Shown: positions 50,000 through 59,978 of the stretch, piece by piece
How the letters are laid out: each line of letters begins with the position of its first letter
Numbering within the stretch: position 1 is the first letter of the stretch
Assembly: GCA_963843575.1 (NCBI GenBank)
Contig: CAWJKZ010000021.1
Coordinates: 321,661-385,660 of the forward strand
Length of the DNA stretch: 64,000 nucleotides
Source: an uncultured Acidobacteriota bacterium
GTDB lineage: Bacteria > Acidobacteriota > UBA6911
Direction of reading: 5' to 3'
Program-made: the position numbers and the translations under genes
The notes under the pieces: model-generated
What the model saw: the letters and a program-made list of their open reading frames with translations, nothing else
Databases searched by the model: none
What the model was told of the DNA's origin: nothing

Positions 50000-51031
50000 A
50001 TGACTTCGACACGCGAGATTGTGGAGAAGGTGCTGAATTTCGGCGACAAGGAGTTTTTTGCCGCTGATGCTTCAGTCCTGTCTCCCCGGGAAGCCCAGCT
50101 GCTTGAATTGGACTTCTCGGGAGTGGCTGCAAATGCACCTCGCCGGATCGTAATCAGCGACCATGGGAAGCTTCCCCTGATCATGGCCTTGAGGTGCAGC
50201 GGTGAGAGAGACTGGGACGTGGACCTCACAGACAATTGCATGCTGGTCGCGACGAATCTCCTGGACGGCACCGTGCGCGTGACCAACGCCCTGCTGACCG
50301 AAAAGGACCTGACGAGCAGAGGCGGCAGAATCAGAGCGGAAAAGGGGCCAAAGCCCGCGGGATTGGCGGAGGTATCATCCCAACTGACCGAAATTGATGT
50401 CAGAAGACGACTGAATCTTGAATGGAAGGCCGGGACCTGGGCCCTCGGCGTCGCCTATTTCGATTGGCCGTCCAACACGGTGGTTGTGCAACTGGAAGGC
50501 GGCAGCCCCGCCCCCAATGGGCCGGTGCGGCCTGTTCGTCCTTCTTACAACCCGGCCGCGCTCAGTGCGATGAAGCAGGCAGGAAAGTCTCTGCCCAGCT
50601 ATTACCCGACAACCGAAACGCCTGCGTCTCCCGAATCCGGAGTCACCTTTGGGGTCGATTTCCGGATGAAGCAGGGCCGGCAAAGCCTGGTTGTGACTGC
50701 GTCGTTCGCAGTTCCGGTCAAGGAATTTCACATTCCCAAACAAGAGATCGTCCATGAATATCAGGATGGCCGGCGGGAAAAGGTTCAGGCAATCCTACCT
50801 GTGACCCTGGCCATGCTGAAACTCGACCACGTGTGGCCGTGGCAGTTCGATTGGGCCGTTCCCGTTTACGGGGAACCATCAGCCATAGGAACGATCGCCC
50901 GCGGTTATTTCGCCATAGATGCCCTTGCTTCGGAGGATTCTCCCCTCAGCGCCGGCTCTTACGTCTGCTATATCGTCGCCGACGGCAGGATTTTCGGCCC
51001 AAGGAAGTTCCAGGTTCCGGAAAACCGGTGA
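50000..51031 (+). CDS. hypothetical protein, paralog 1 (candidate immunity)
   Basis: Shares LPLIMAxRCSGERDWD, GTWALGVxYxDWPSN and QFDWxVPxYG with the next gene. Confidence 0.7.
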   Translation: MTSTREIVEKVLNFGDKEFFAADASVLSPREAQLLELDFSGVAANAPRRIVISDHGKLPLIMALRCSGERDWDVDLTDNCMLVATNLLDGTVRVTNALLTEKDLTSRGGRIRAEKGPKPAGLAEVSSQLTEIDVRRRLNLEWKAGTWALGVAYFDWPSNTVVVQLEGGSPAPNGPVRPVRPSYNPAALSAMKQAGKSLPSYYPTTETPASPESGVTFGVDFRMKQGRQSLVVTASFAVPVKEFHIPKQEIVHEYQDGRREKVQAILPVTLAMLKLDHVWPWQFDWAVPVYGEPSAIGTIARGYFAIDALASEDSPLSAGSYVCYIVADGRIFGPRKFQVPENR

Positions 51032-51048
51032 ACAGGGGGCCCTCACTG

Positions 51049-52173
51049 ATGAGAAAGGAGCTTCTGCTATTTTTAGTTTTGATATGCGCGATACCCCAGG
51101 AACATAGCACGGCACCCGTGTCCGCGATTCTTTCGAAGATATTGAACCTCAGCGAAAGCGAGTATTTTTCCGCAGACCCATCGGCCTTGAGTCCGCGGGA
51201 GTCGCAGTTACTGGGCATGAACTTCGTCGGTGTGGCGGTGAACGCTCCGAGCCACATCGACACTGAGCGTCATGACCGCCTGCCCTTGATCATGGCCGTT
51301 CGCTGCAGCGGCGAGAGGGACTGGGACCTGACTCTGCGAGACAACTGCATCCTCCTGGCTTCAAACCTGCAGGACGGCACGGTAGAGTTGGCGCCTGCTT
51401 TTGCGACTGACAAGACTCCCAGCGTCGAACCAGGAGCAAAGAGGGGGCCCAGACCGGCCGGGCTGGCAGAAGTTGCCGCCCAGCTGACTGAACTGGATGT
51501 GCGCCGCCTGATAGACCTCGACTGGAACAGCGGAACCTGGGCCCTGGGTGTGATCTACTACGACTGGCCGTCCAACATCGCATTGGTGGAGCTGAAGGGC
51601 CGGAAACCCCTGCGGCCCGCACAGTCACGGCCTGTATCTCCTGCGCCCGATCCGGCGACCGGCACGCGCGCAACTGCGTCAAGGAATGGCTGTGCGGCTC
51701 TGCCGTGTTATTTCCCGACGCCTAGAACCCCGGAGGCGCCCGCGTCGGGCACCTCCTTCCTCCTCGAGTATCGGGCCGAGGATGGACGGAAGAGCCTGAT
51801 CGTATTCGGGACATTTGAAATCAGAACCCGACCCTTCCATCTGCCTGGGCGACGCATAATCCATCGTTTCCAGAATGGGCGGAAGGAGACTGTGAGCGCA
51901 GCGGTGCCTGTGACTCTTGCGGTGCTGTCGGCGAATGCGACCGTGCCGTTGCAGTTCGATTGGGTCGTACCCATCTACGGCCGGCAACCCAAGGTCGGCA
52001 CAGCCGCCCGAGGCTTTCTTGCCGTCGACGCACTCGCCACAAGTAACAGGACGGGGGAGTTGGACCCTGGCCGATATGTGGCTTACCTCATCGTCGACGG
52101 CAGGATCAGCGGGCCGCAGGCTTTCGAGGTGCCGGGCGAACCAGGCGGGGTTGGTCAAGCCCCACCCCGGTAG
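51049..52173 (+). CDS. hypothetical protein, paralog 2 with signal-peptide-like N-terminus (candidate immunity)
   Basis: MRKELLLFLVLICA leader; same motifs as 50000..51031. Confidence 0.7.
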   Translation: MRKELLLFLVLICAIPQEHSTAPVSAILSKILNLSESEYFSADPSALSPRESQLLGMNFVGVAVNAPSHIDTERHDRLPLIMAVRCSGERDWDLTLRDNCILLASNLQDGTVELAPAFATDKTPSVEPGAKRGPRPAGLAEVAAQLTELDVRRLIDLDWNSGTWALGVIYYDWPSNIALVELKGRKPLRPAQSRPVSPAPDPATGTRATASRNGCAALPCYFPTPRTPEAPASGTSFLLEYRAEDGRKSLIVFGTFEIRTRPFHLPGRRIIHRFQNGRKETVSAAVPVTLAVLSANATVPLQFDWVVPIYGRQPKVGTAARGFLAVDALATSNRTGELDPGRYVAYLIVDGRISGPQAFEVPGEPGGVGQAPPR

Positions 52174-52191
52174 GCCGAAACAGAGAGGCCG

Positions 52192-52297
52192 CGGTGCGGC
52201 TCTGCCGAGAGGGCGCTTCCGAGATTATCCCGGATCGTTGCCCGAAGGTCGGCGCCGAGGCGCCGACCAGAAAGCGGCGTCGAGCCGCCGCACTCCA
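52192..52297. repeat. REP-like element, family B, at the convergence of the two T6SS halves
   Basis: AAAGCGGCGTCGAGCCGCCGCACTCCA at 52271-52297. Confidence 0.7.
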
Positions 52298-52299
52298 GA

Positions 52300-55026
52300 T
52301 TAAAACCGCAAGTCGAAGTTGTTTTCCGGGGTCAAACCCACCATCACAGAATCGCCCAGCGTCCCCGTGCCCATGCGCTGCAGGATCTCGGTGGAGATCA
52401 GCGGCAGCAGGGTGCCGTTGAGGATGTGGTCGATGTTCCGCGCACCCGATTCGACCTCCGTGCAGCGCTGCGACACGAGTTCCACGACGGCCGGGTCATA
52501 GCCGAACTTCATCCGGTGGCTCTCCGCGAGCCGCTTGCCGATCTGGTTCAGCTTCAACGCGACGATCGATTTCATCGCGTCCATCGAGATGGGGTAGAAC
52601 GGCACGACCGTCATGCGCCCCAGCAGCGCGGGCTTGAAGTGCTTGATCAGCGCCGGGCGGATCGCGTTCATGATCTCGTCCACCTCGGGCCGCACCGGGC
52701 CGCCCGCCATCGAGGTGATCGTGTCCGAAGCGAGGTTGCTGGTGAGCAGGATTATCGTGTTCTTGAAATCCACGACGCGCCCCTCGCCGTCGGAGAGCAT
52801 CCCCTTGTCGAAGACCTGGTAAAAGAGGTTCAGCACCTCCGGGTCCGCCTTCTCCACCTCGTCGAGCAACACCACCGAGTACGGCCGCTGGCGCACGGCC
52901 TCGGTCAGGACACCGCCCTCCCCATAGCCGACATAGCCCGGAGGGGAGCCGATCAAGCGGGACACCGTGTGCTTTTCCTGGAACTCCGACATGTTGATCG
53001 TGACCATGAAGCGCTCGCCGCCAAACAGCAGGTCGGCCAGCCCCAGTCCCGATTCGGTCTTCCCGACGCCGCTCGGTCCCACGAGGAGGAAGACACCGAT
53101 CGGCGTTTTAGGGTTTTGCAGCCCCGCCTTCGCGGCCCGGAGGCCTCGGCCGATGGCTTCAATCGCGTGATCCTGCCCCTTGATGCGTTCTCGCAGCCGG
53201 TCCTCGAACTCCAGGACCGCATGCGCGTCGTCGCGCACCATCTTGCCCAGCGGGATACCCGTCCAGTCCGACACCACGCGGGCGATCACCTCTCCGTCCA
53301 CCTCGGTCCGGATGAACGGGTTCTTCCCCTGCACCTCGCGCAGCTGCGCCAGCGCGGTTTCCAGCTCCTGTTTCAGCGTGGCGGGATCCTGCGCGGGCAC
53401 GGCGGCCGGGGCGGGGGCGGCAGCCAGGGCGGCTCCCGCGGAGGCGGCCGCGATCGGAGGGGCTTCGTTTGGCGCAGGCGGGTTGGCGGCGGTTTTCGCG
53501 GCTTCGTCGATCTTGCCGCGCAGCTCGAGTACGCGGTCGACGCACTCCTTTTCGCGCAACCAGCGGCTCTCGAGGTCGGAGGCCTGGCCCTTTGCTTTTT
53601 CAATGCTCTGCTTGAGGTCTCCGATCCGGACCGGGTCGACCGCCACGCCCGCGGCCAGGTCTCTCTCCAGGGCGCCCAGTTCGCGTTCGAGCGTCTGGAT
53701 GCGGCGCTGCGCGTCCTCGATCTCGTAGGGGCGGGCTGAAATCCCTATGTGGACGCGTGCGGCGCACGTGTCGAGCAGGTCGACCGCCTTGTCCGGCAGC
53801 TGCCGGCCGGAGATGTACCGGCTGGACAGCTTCACCGACTCCACCACGGCCTCGTCGAGGATCCGCACCTTGTGCGAAGCCTCGTACTTGTCGCGCAGGC
53901 CGCGCAGCATAAGGACCGTCGCCTCCTCGCCCGGTTCGTCAAGCTTCACCAGCTGGAACCTGCGGGCGAGCGCCGGGTCCTTCTCGAAGTATTTCTTGTA
54001 TTCGGACCAGGTGGTTGCCGCGATGGTGCGCAGTTCTCCGCGGGCCAGTGCAGGTTTGAGAAGGTTGGCGGCGTCGCCGCCGCCGGCCGCGCCTCCGGCC
54101 CCGATCATCGTGTGGGCTTCGTCGATAAACAGGATGATCGGCTTGGGCGACTCCTTGACCTCGGTGATGACGGCCTTCAGCCGGTTTTCAAACTCGCCTT
54201 TGACGCCGGCCCCGGCCTGGAGGAGTCCGAGATCGAGCCCGAGCAGCTCGACCCCCGAAAGGATCGACGGGACGTCCCCTTCGACGATGCGCAGCGCGAG
54301 CCCTTCCACGACTGCCGTCTTGCCGACCCCGGCTTCCCCCACGACAATCGGGTTGTTCTTCCTCCTGCGGCCGAGGATATCGATCATCTGCCGGATCTCC
54401 CGGTCGCGCCCAAACACCGGGTCGATTTCGCCGGCGCGAGCGCGGCCTGTGAAATCGAGTGTGAAACGGGCGAGGGCGGATTCGCCGTCCGTGCGGCGCG
54501 CCCCGGCAACCTGCGGTGCCCCGCCCGGTGCCGCTCCTTCGGCCGGAGCGTCCTCGGGAGACCCGGCGACGATCGTGAGGAGTTTCTTGCGCAGCTCGTC
54601 CTTGGCAACCTTGTCGAGGAGATCCACAAAGGCGCCGCTGGTATAGCGGGACGGGCGGTCGACCAGGCAGGCGATCAGGACTCCTGAACGGATTTCGGCC
54701 AGGCCGAACTCGAGCGAACCCATCAGCCAGCCGTCCTGGAACCACTCGATGAGCATCGGCGAGAAGACGGGCCTCCCGGCGTTGCCGCTGCGCAGGTCCT
54801 CGACGGCGCGCTGCACCGCCTTCTGGAAGCGGGCGGGCTCGATTTCGAAATGCCGCAGGATGTGCTGCAGGTCCCCGTTCGGGTCCTCGCACATCTTCAC
54901 CAGAAGGTGTTCGACCGTGACCTCGTAGTGGCCCCGCGAAACGCAGATGCCGGCCGCCCCTTCCAGGGAGCGGCTGCAGAACCGGTTCAAGCGACGCAAC
55001 AGCGATTTGATCTCAACGCCTATCAT
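52300..55026 (-). CDS. tssH: T6SS ATPase TssH (ClpV)
   Basis: Clp N-domain, GEAGVGKT and GPSGVGKTE Walker A motifs, GGLDA-type GGGDAANLLKPALARG. Confidence 0.95.
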   Translation of the reverse strand: MIGVEIKSLLRRLNRFCSRSLEGAAGICVSRGHYEVTVEHLLVKMCEDPNGDLQHILRHFEIEPARFQKAVQRAVEDLRSGNAGRPVFSPMLIEWFQDGWLMGSLEFGLAEIRSGVLIACLVDRPSRYTSGAFVDLLDKVAKDELRKKLLTIVAGSPEDAPAEGAAPGGAPQVAGARRTDGESALARFTLDFTGRARAGEIDPVFGRDREIRQMIDILGRRRKNNPIVVGEAGVGKTAVVEGLALRIVEGDVPSILSGVELLGLDLGLLQAGAGVKGEFENRLKAVITEVKESPKPIILFIDEAHTMIGAGGAAGGGDAANLLKPALARGELRTIAATTWSEYKKYFEKDPALARRFQLVKLDEPGEEATVLMLRGLRDKYEASHKVRILDEAVVESVKLSSRYISGRQLPDKAVDLLDTCAARVHIGISARPYEIEDAQRRIQTLERELGALERDLAAGVAVDPVRIGDLKQSIEKAKGQASDLESRWLREKECVDRVLELRGKIDEAAKTAANPPAPNEAPPIAAASAGAALAAAPAPAAVPAQDPATLKQELETALAQLREVQGKNPFIRTEVDGEVIARVVSDWTGIPLGKMVRDDAHAVLEFEDRLRERIKGQDHAIEAIGRGLRAAKAGLQNPKTPIGVFLLVGPSGVGKTESGLGLADLLFGGERFMVTINMSEFQEKHTVSRLIGSPPGYVGYGEGGVLTEAVRQRPYSVVLLDEVEKADPEVLNLFYQVFDKGMLSDGEGRVVDFKNTIILLTSNLASDTITSMAGGPVRPEVDEIMNAIRPALIKHFKPALLGRMTVVPFYPISMDAMKSIVALKLNQIGKRLAESHRMKFGYDPAVVELVSQRCTEVESGARNIDHILNGTLLPLISTEILQRMGTGTLGDSVMVGLTPENNFDLRF

Positions 55027-55046
55027 GGTGTCCTCGTTCTTCCCTT

Positions 55047-56114
55047 TTACGACCCGCCGGCGGACGCCGTCTCGGGCCAGGGGAATTGAGTTTGGGGCAT
55101 TTGGGAATGGGGCTGGTTGAATACCACCGCCGTGGTGCTGGGTGCACCGGGCAGCCAGCCCGTCCATCCCAACCGTTGGGGCGATACGCTCGAAAGCTGC
55201 AGCGGCGGAACCTCGTCGGCCGCGATCTGGACCTCGATGTCGAAATCCAGCCTGTCTCCGACCAACAGCCGCGTGAGGTTGACCATCCCGGCGTAGTCCT
55301 CGCCGACGGGGGTGAAGCGCCGGAAGGTGCGCAACGGCACGGGGCCGACCCTGATCCGGAATTTGCCGCTGCGGTCCCGCACGCGGCCCCCCACGATCAG
55401 GTCGCGCCCGAGCGTACAGTTCCGTCCCCCGATCCGGTTCCGCTGCGACTCCTCGATCGTGACCCAGCGGGGGCGGCACTGCTCGATCTCGAGGCACTGC
55501 ACCCCGAAATAGTCGCGCAACACGCCCGCGATGCTGGCGGCCGAGCGGGGCCGCTGCGTGATCAGCCCCGCGTAGCGGAGCAGGCGCACGGCCGGGAGAC
55601 CGGCCGCATTGGCGAGCTCGGCCGTGCCCAGACCGATCAGCGAGTAGACGCGCTGGGAGAACACGTCCGCGCCGCGGTGCCGGAACTGGACGTCGTAGCG
55701 GTATTTCTGCCACGTCCGGAACAGGAGCGAAAACGCGCGGTGGTGGAAGATGTCCAGGAAGTCGCGGACCGCGGCCTGGTCGTTTTCCTTCCAGATCAGG
55801 TCCTCGGTGTAGAACGTGGGGAGAGGGGAGTCGGAGCTGTAGAGCCCGAGAAACGAAGTGGTGACCCGGAATCGCTCGTCGTCGCGGGACCCGCCCGTGC
55901 GGGCGATCTCCTGGACGTCCGATGCCGGGAAGGTCATGGACACCGCTGGACGGATCCGGACCTTCTCTTGCCCGGCCGGACCCTCGTATCCGAGGGGCGC
56001 GCTCCCCGTGTAGCGCAGCAGCAGCTGGACCGCCTGGAAGAACGAGAAGGCGTGTGGCCTCTCCAGGAGCTCCTGCATCAGGCCAAGATTTGTCGTCCGA
56101 GTCTCGGTGGCCAT
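55047..56114 (-). CDS. tssG: T6SS baseplate TssG
   Basis: FSFFQAVQLL, FLGLY..SPLP.FYTE, FLDIFHHR. Confidence 0.92.
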   Translation of the reverse strand: MATETRTTNLGLMQELLERPHAFSFFQAVQLLLRYTGSAPLGYEGPAGQEKVRIRPAVSMTFPASDVQEIARTGGSRDDERFRVTTSFLGLYSSDSPLPTFYTEDLIWKENDQAAVRDFLDIFHHRAFSLLFRTWQKYRYDVQFRHRGADVFSQRVYSLIGLGTAELANAAGLPAVRLLRYAGLITQRPRSAASIAGVLRDYFGVQCLEIEQCRPRWVTIEESQRNRIGGRNCTLGRDLIVGGRVRDRSGKFRIRVGPVPLRTFRRFTPVGEDYAGMVNLTRLLVGDRLDFDIEVQIAADEVPPLQLSSVSPQRLGWTGWLPGAPSTTAVVFNQPHSQMPQTQFPWPETASAGGS

Positions 56115-57838
56115 TGGTAGACCTCGCCCTGCTTCACGCCGCGCACGGTCAGCCTGGTAAACGAGTTGACCGAGGCATACAGGGCAAACAGCTCGTTGAG
56201 TATGGTCGAAAACAGGTACAGGTCGCCTTCGCCGGAGAAGCCGGTTTCCAGGAGGTCGAGTTCGATGGCGGTGCCGCGGATGGGCACGCCCTGGAAGAGC
56301 CAGTCCATCGGTGCGGAGCGCACGCGCTGAATCGCCTCGAGGTGGAGCTGGCTCTCACGCGCAGCCTGGCGATCGACCAGCGCGTGAAAGTTGTAGACCT
56401 CCAGGACCGACCGCAGGGCGTCGGCGCTCACCAGGCTCAGATAGTTCAGCGCCAGGTGCGAGAGCAGCCGCCAATGCAGCCCCTTGTCCAGCGGCGGCCG
56501 CACCGAGGCGGTCACCCCCGTGATGTTGCGGAAGGTCGAATACTCGGGTGACTGCTGCGTGGCCGCGCTGATGTCGCCGATGCGCAGCAGCTCAGGGAGT
56601 CTCCGGTTAGTGCAGGTGAGGTCGAGAGAAACGGTCTCCGCGGGGGGAAGGACGTGCGCCTCCTGTTCCGAGACGAACGCGATGAACGAGTCCGTGCCTT
56701 CGCCGGCCACCGAGCCGCGCAGCCGGACCTGGTAATAGATCGGCTCGCGTGCCGCGTCTACGTCGTGGGTGAACGAGTAAAACGGCGCGTACTCCCGCGG
56801 CCGGGCCTGACCCTGGATCCAGCCGAAGACCTTGTCGACCGAGTATATCTCGTAGTGCTGCGCGTCGACCGACCCCGGCCGCACGCGGTACTCCACGCGG
56901 TCGTGCTCCAGACGAATCGGGTCGGCGGTGTGGCTGAACAGGTTGACGGCGGGGGTACAGAACAGCCGGAAGTTCTCGCCCGATACCCTGGGGGGCTTAT
57001 CGACCGTCCTCTTGAAGCGGAATTGGACCTCGAACTTCCGCCCGGTCTGTAGGTCCGCGGCGCGTCCCAAACCCGAAAGGTCAACGAAGCCGAACTTGGA
57101 CGGGAGCGCGAAATACTCCTGCAGCAGGCGAAAGCCGGAAAAGGAACTCTGAGGGTAGGGGAGGAGCGCGTCCTCCTCTGCGAATCCCGCCGCCCGCAGG
57201 GCGGTGGCCGGCAGCGTCATTTGCTGGCTGGGGCGGCCTTCGAGGAAACCCTGGATCACGATCTCCTGCAGATTCCGGGTGAGCCAAAGGTACAGCAGGT
57301 TCGAAAGCTCGGGCTCGCCGTGCAGGAAGAGCCGGAGCCGGCCGATGTTCAGCTGTTTGAACTGAACCCCTTCGCCGAGCTGCAAGGCGAGCCTCAGGGT
57401 CACCGGGGAACCGGCCTTTTCCTCGAGCTCTGCGCCAGCCACTTCGAGCGGGTAAAGATCGACCCCGTAGCAGGTCTGGAACCGGCAGCGCGTCCCCTCG
57501 ACTGGAACCGAGGCGATCTCGGTACCGCGGGGGATGGGGGCGCGCTCGCGCACGGCGTTGGCCACGGGCCGGAACTCCACGATAGTCATGCTTGGGATCG
57601 GCCGCAGGTAGTGCGGCCAGAGCAGGCTCAGCAGCCCGTGGGTCACCTCAGGAAATTCGTCGTCGAGCTTCTGGCGGATGCGCCCGGTCAGGAAGGCGAA
57701 TCCTTCGAGCATACGCTCGACATCCGGGTCGCTGCCGCGCTCGGCCAGCATGTGCGCGAGGGCAGGGTAGGCCTGGGAAAACTCCCGCCCCATCTCCCGC
57801 AGAAACGTCAACTCGTCCTGGTAGTACTTGTTGAACAT
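56078..57838 (-). CDS. tssF: T6SS baseplate TssF
   Basis: YYQDELTFLRE, DPDVERMLEGFAFL, CTPAVNLF, YASVNSF. Confidence 0.95.
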   Translation of the reverse strand: MFNKYYQDELTFLREMGREFSQAYPALAHMLAERGSDPDVERMLEGFAFLTGRIRQKLDDEFPEVTHGLLSLLWPHYLRPIPSMTIVEFRPVANAVRERAPIPRGTEIASVPVEGTRCRFQTCYGVDLYPLEVAGAELEEKAGSPVTLRLALQLGEGVQFKQLNIGRLRLFLHGEPELSNLLYLWLTRNLQEIVIQGFLEGRPSQQMTLPATALRAAGFAEEDALLPYPQSSFSGFRLLQEYFALPSKFGFVDLSGLGRAADLQTGRKFEVQFRFKRTVDKPPRVSGENFRLFCTPAVNLFSHTADPIRLEHDRVEYRVRPGSVDAQHYEIYSVDKVFGWIQGQARPREYAPFYSFTHDVDAAREPIYYQVRLRGSVAGEGTDSFIAFVSEQEAHVLPPAETVSLDLTCTNRRLPELLRIGDISAATQQSPEYSTFRNITGVTASVRPPLDKGLHWRLLSHLALNYLSLVSADALRSVLEVYNFHALVDRQAARESQLHLEAIQRVRSAPMDWLFQGVPIRGTAIELDLLETGFSGEGDLYLFSTILNELFALYASVNSFTRLTVRGVKQGEVYQWPPRLGRQILA

Positions 57839-57853
57839 AGGAGCTTATCGCTG

Positions 57854-57967
57854 TGGAGTGCGGCGCCGCGGCGCCGCTTTCCGCTTATGCTCTGAGGCCG
57901 AAATGCCCGGCACCTCGGCGCCACCCGAATGACCAGATCGCGACGTGGCGTCGAGCCACCGCACTTC
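57854..57967. repeat. REP-like doublet, family B, between tssE and tssF
   Basis: TGGAGTGCGGCGCCGCGGCGCCGCTTT...GTGGCGTCGAGCCACCGCACTTC. Confidence 0.65.
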
Positions 57968-57987
57968 GAAATGTCGGGCAACCGTAA

Positions 57988-58395
57988 TCAGCTGCGCACC
58001 TGGACTTCGCCGCTGCTGTCTACCTTGGTTTCGAACCAGACTGGACTGCCGGACCCGAGCACGGCGGTGACCTCGAAGTGCAGGCTGAACACGTCGTCTT
58101 CGGCGGCCGAGTGCCTCACCCGCACGTTGGTCAGACGCGGTTCGTATTTCTCGACGGTGCTGCGTATGGCTTGTTCCATGATTCGAATGGATTCGGGGAA
58201 CGAGTGGACCAGGTCGACGATGTCGGGTATGCCGTAGTCGGGGGCCACCGGCGCGTTCCCGCGCCGCGTGTTGAGCATTTTCCCGAGGTGTTCCAGAACG
58301 GAGGCGACGATCAGCCTCTCGTTCTGCTGGGTCGTGCGCGGCGCATCGGGCCGCGGGTCAGCCAGTCGCTCCAGTACGCTGCGCTCGCGGAACAT
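57988..58395 (-). CDS. tssE: T6SS baseplate TssE (gp25-like)
   Basis: LNTRRG...DYGIPD...YEPRL. Confidence 0.92.
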   Translation of the reverse strand: MFRERSVLERLADPRPDAPRTTQQNERLIVASVLEHLGKMLNTRRGNAPVAPDYGIPDIVDLVHSFPESIRIMEQAIRSTVEKYEPRLTNVRVRHSAAEDDVFSLHFEVTAVLGSGSPVWFETKVDSSGEVQVRS

Positions 58396-58452
58396 GCGTC
58401 GCCCTCTCCGAAAACCGGGGGGGCCGGCCGCTCCGGTCCCCCTGTCAGCCTT

Positions 58453-59940
58453 TTACTTCTTGTCGAGCTTGCCGACCAGCCCGAGGGTGAAAAAGGCGCC
58501 CATGTACTTGAAGTGCGGCCGGACCTTCATGTCGACGCGGTACCAGCCCGGATCGCCCTCTACGTCCTCGACCTTGATCTCCGCCTGCCTGAGCGGGCGT
58601 TTGCTGCGCACGCTCTGCGACGGGGCCTCCATGTCTGCGACGTACTGGGAGATCCACTTGTTCAGCTCCGCCTCCAGGTCGGTGCGTTCCTTCCAGCTGC
58701 CGATCTGCTCCCTCTGCAGCACTTTGATGTAGTGTGCCAGGCGGCAGATGATGAACATGTAGGGGAGTTGGGTCCCGAGCTTGTAGTTCGTTTCCGCCTG
58801 CCGCCCCTCGGCGCTGATCCCGAAGAATTTCGGTTTCTGGCACGAATTGGCGGAGAAAAACGCCGCGTTGTCGCTGTCCTTGCGCATGGTCAGGGCGATA
58901 AAGCCCTCCTCGGCCAACTCGTACTCGCGGCGCTCGGAGATGAGGACCTCGGTGGGGATCTTGGTCTGGATCTCGCCCATCGCTTCGAACTGGTGCATCG
59001 GGAGGTCCTCGACGGCGCCCCCACTCTGCGGGCCGATGATGTTCGGGCACCAGCGCCATTTCGCGAAACTGTCGGCGATGCGGGTGGCGAACGCAAAGCT
59101 CGTGTTGCCCCAGAGATAGTTCTCGTGCCCGCCGGAGACCTTTTCCTCGTAATTGAAGGCCTTTATCGGGGCCGAGGTCTCGCCGTAAGGCAGTCGGAGC
59201 AGGAAGCGGGGCAGGGTGAGGCCGACGTAGCGGGAATCCTCGGATTCGCGGAACGAGCGCCACTTGATGTACTGCGGACCCTCCAGGATCGACTTGATGT
59301 CTTTCAGATTCGGCAGCCTGAGGAACGAGTCCTCGCCGAAGAACTTCGGACTCGCGGCGGCGATGAACGGCGCGTGCGCCATCGCCGAGACCGCCGCCAC
59401 CTTCTGCAGCAGGGCCATGTCCTGCGGCCCGGGGCCGAAGTCGTAGTTGGCGATCATGGTGCCGATCGGCTTGCCGCCGAACTGTCCGTACTCGGCCGTG
59501 TACACCGTCTTGTACAAACCCGACTTCATGATCTCCGGAGCGTCTTCGAAGTCGTCGATGAGATCCTGCTTCGACACATTCAGGATCTCCAGCTTGATGT
59601 TCTCGCGGAAGTCCGTGCGGTCGACCAGCAGCTTGAGCCCGCGCCAGGCGGATTCCATCCGCTGGAAGTCCTTCTGGTGCAGGATCTCGTCGAGCTGGAC
59701 CGAGAGCTTGCGGTCGACCTCGGCGATCATCTCGTCCACGAGCCGGCGCTCCACGCGTTCCTGCGCGCGGCTAGGTTGAAGCAATTCCGTGATGAACGCT
59801 TCGACTCCCTTGCGCGCCACGTCGTAGCCGAAATCGGAAGGTTTCATTTTGGTTTGATCGAGGATCTGCTCGATCAGAGAAGGGGCCTCGGCCTCGGCCT
59901 GCTGGGCCTGAGCTTCCTTCTCGCTCTTCGCGTCAGCCAT
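58453..59940 (-). CDS. tssC: T6SS sheath large subunit TssC
   Basis: FQRMESAWRGL, EYGQFGG, PRFLLRLPYG, RLAHYIKV. Confidence 0.96.
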   Translation of the reverse strand: MADAKSEKEAQAQQAEAEAPSLIEQILDQTKMKPSDFGYDVARKGVEAFITELLQPSRAQERVERRLVDEMIAEVDRKLSVQLDEILHQKDFQRMESAWRGLKLLVDRTDFRENIKLEILNVSKQDLIDDFEDAPEIMKSGLYKTVYTAEYGQFGGKPIGTMIANYDFGPGPQDMALLQKVAAVSAMAHAPFIAAASPKFFGEDSFLRLPNLKDIKSILEGPQYIKWRSFRESEDSRYVGLTLPRFLLRLPYGETSAPIKAFNYEEKVSGGHENYLWGNTSFAFATRIADSFAKWRWCPNIIGPQSGGAVEDLPMHQFEAMGEIQTKIPTEVLISERREYELAEEGFIALTMRKDSDNAAFFSANSCQKPKFFGISAEGRQAETNYKLGTQLPYMFIICRLAHYIKVLQREQIGSWKERTDLEAELNKWISQYVADMEAPSQSVRSKRPLRQAEIKVEDVEGDPGWYRVDMKVRPHFKYMGAFFTLGLVGKLDKK

Positions 59941-59978
59941 AGTCTTGTCTCCCGCCCCGTGAGGGGCTCAAAGGGCGC

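Noticed and set aside
52300-55713. N-terminally extended 1137-aa ClpV
   Set aside because: The extension overlaps tssG; the start at 55026 has a GAGGA RBS
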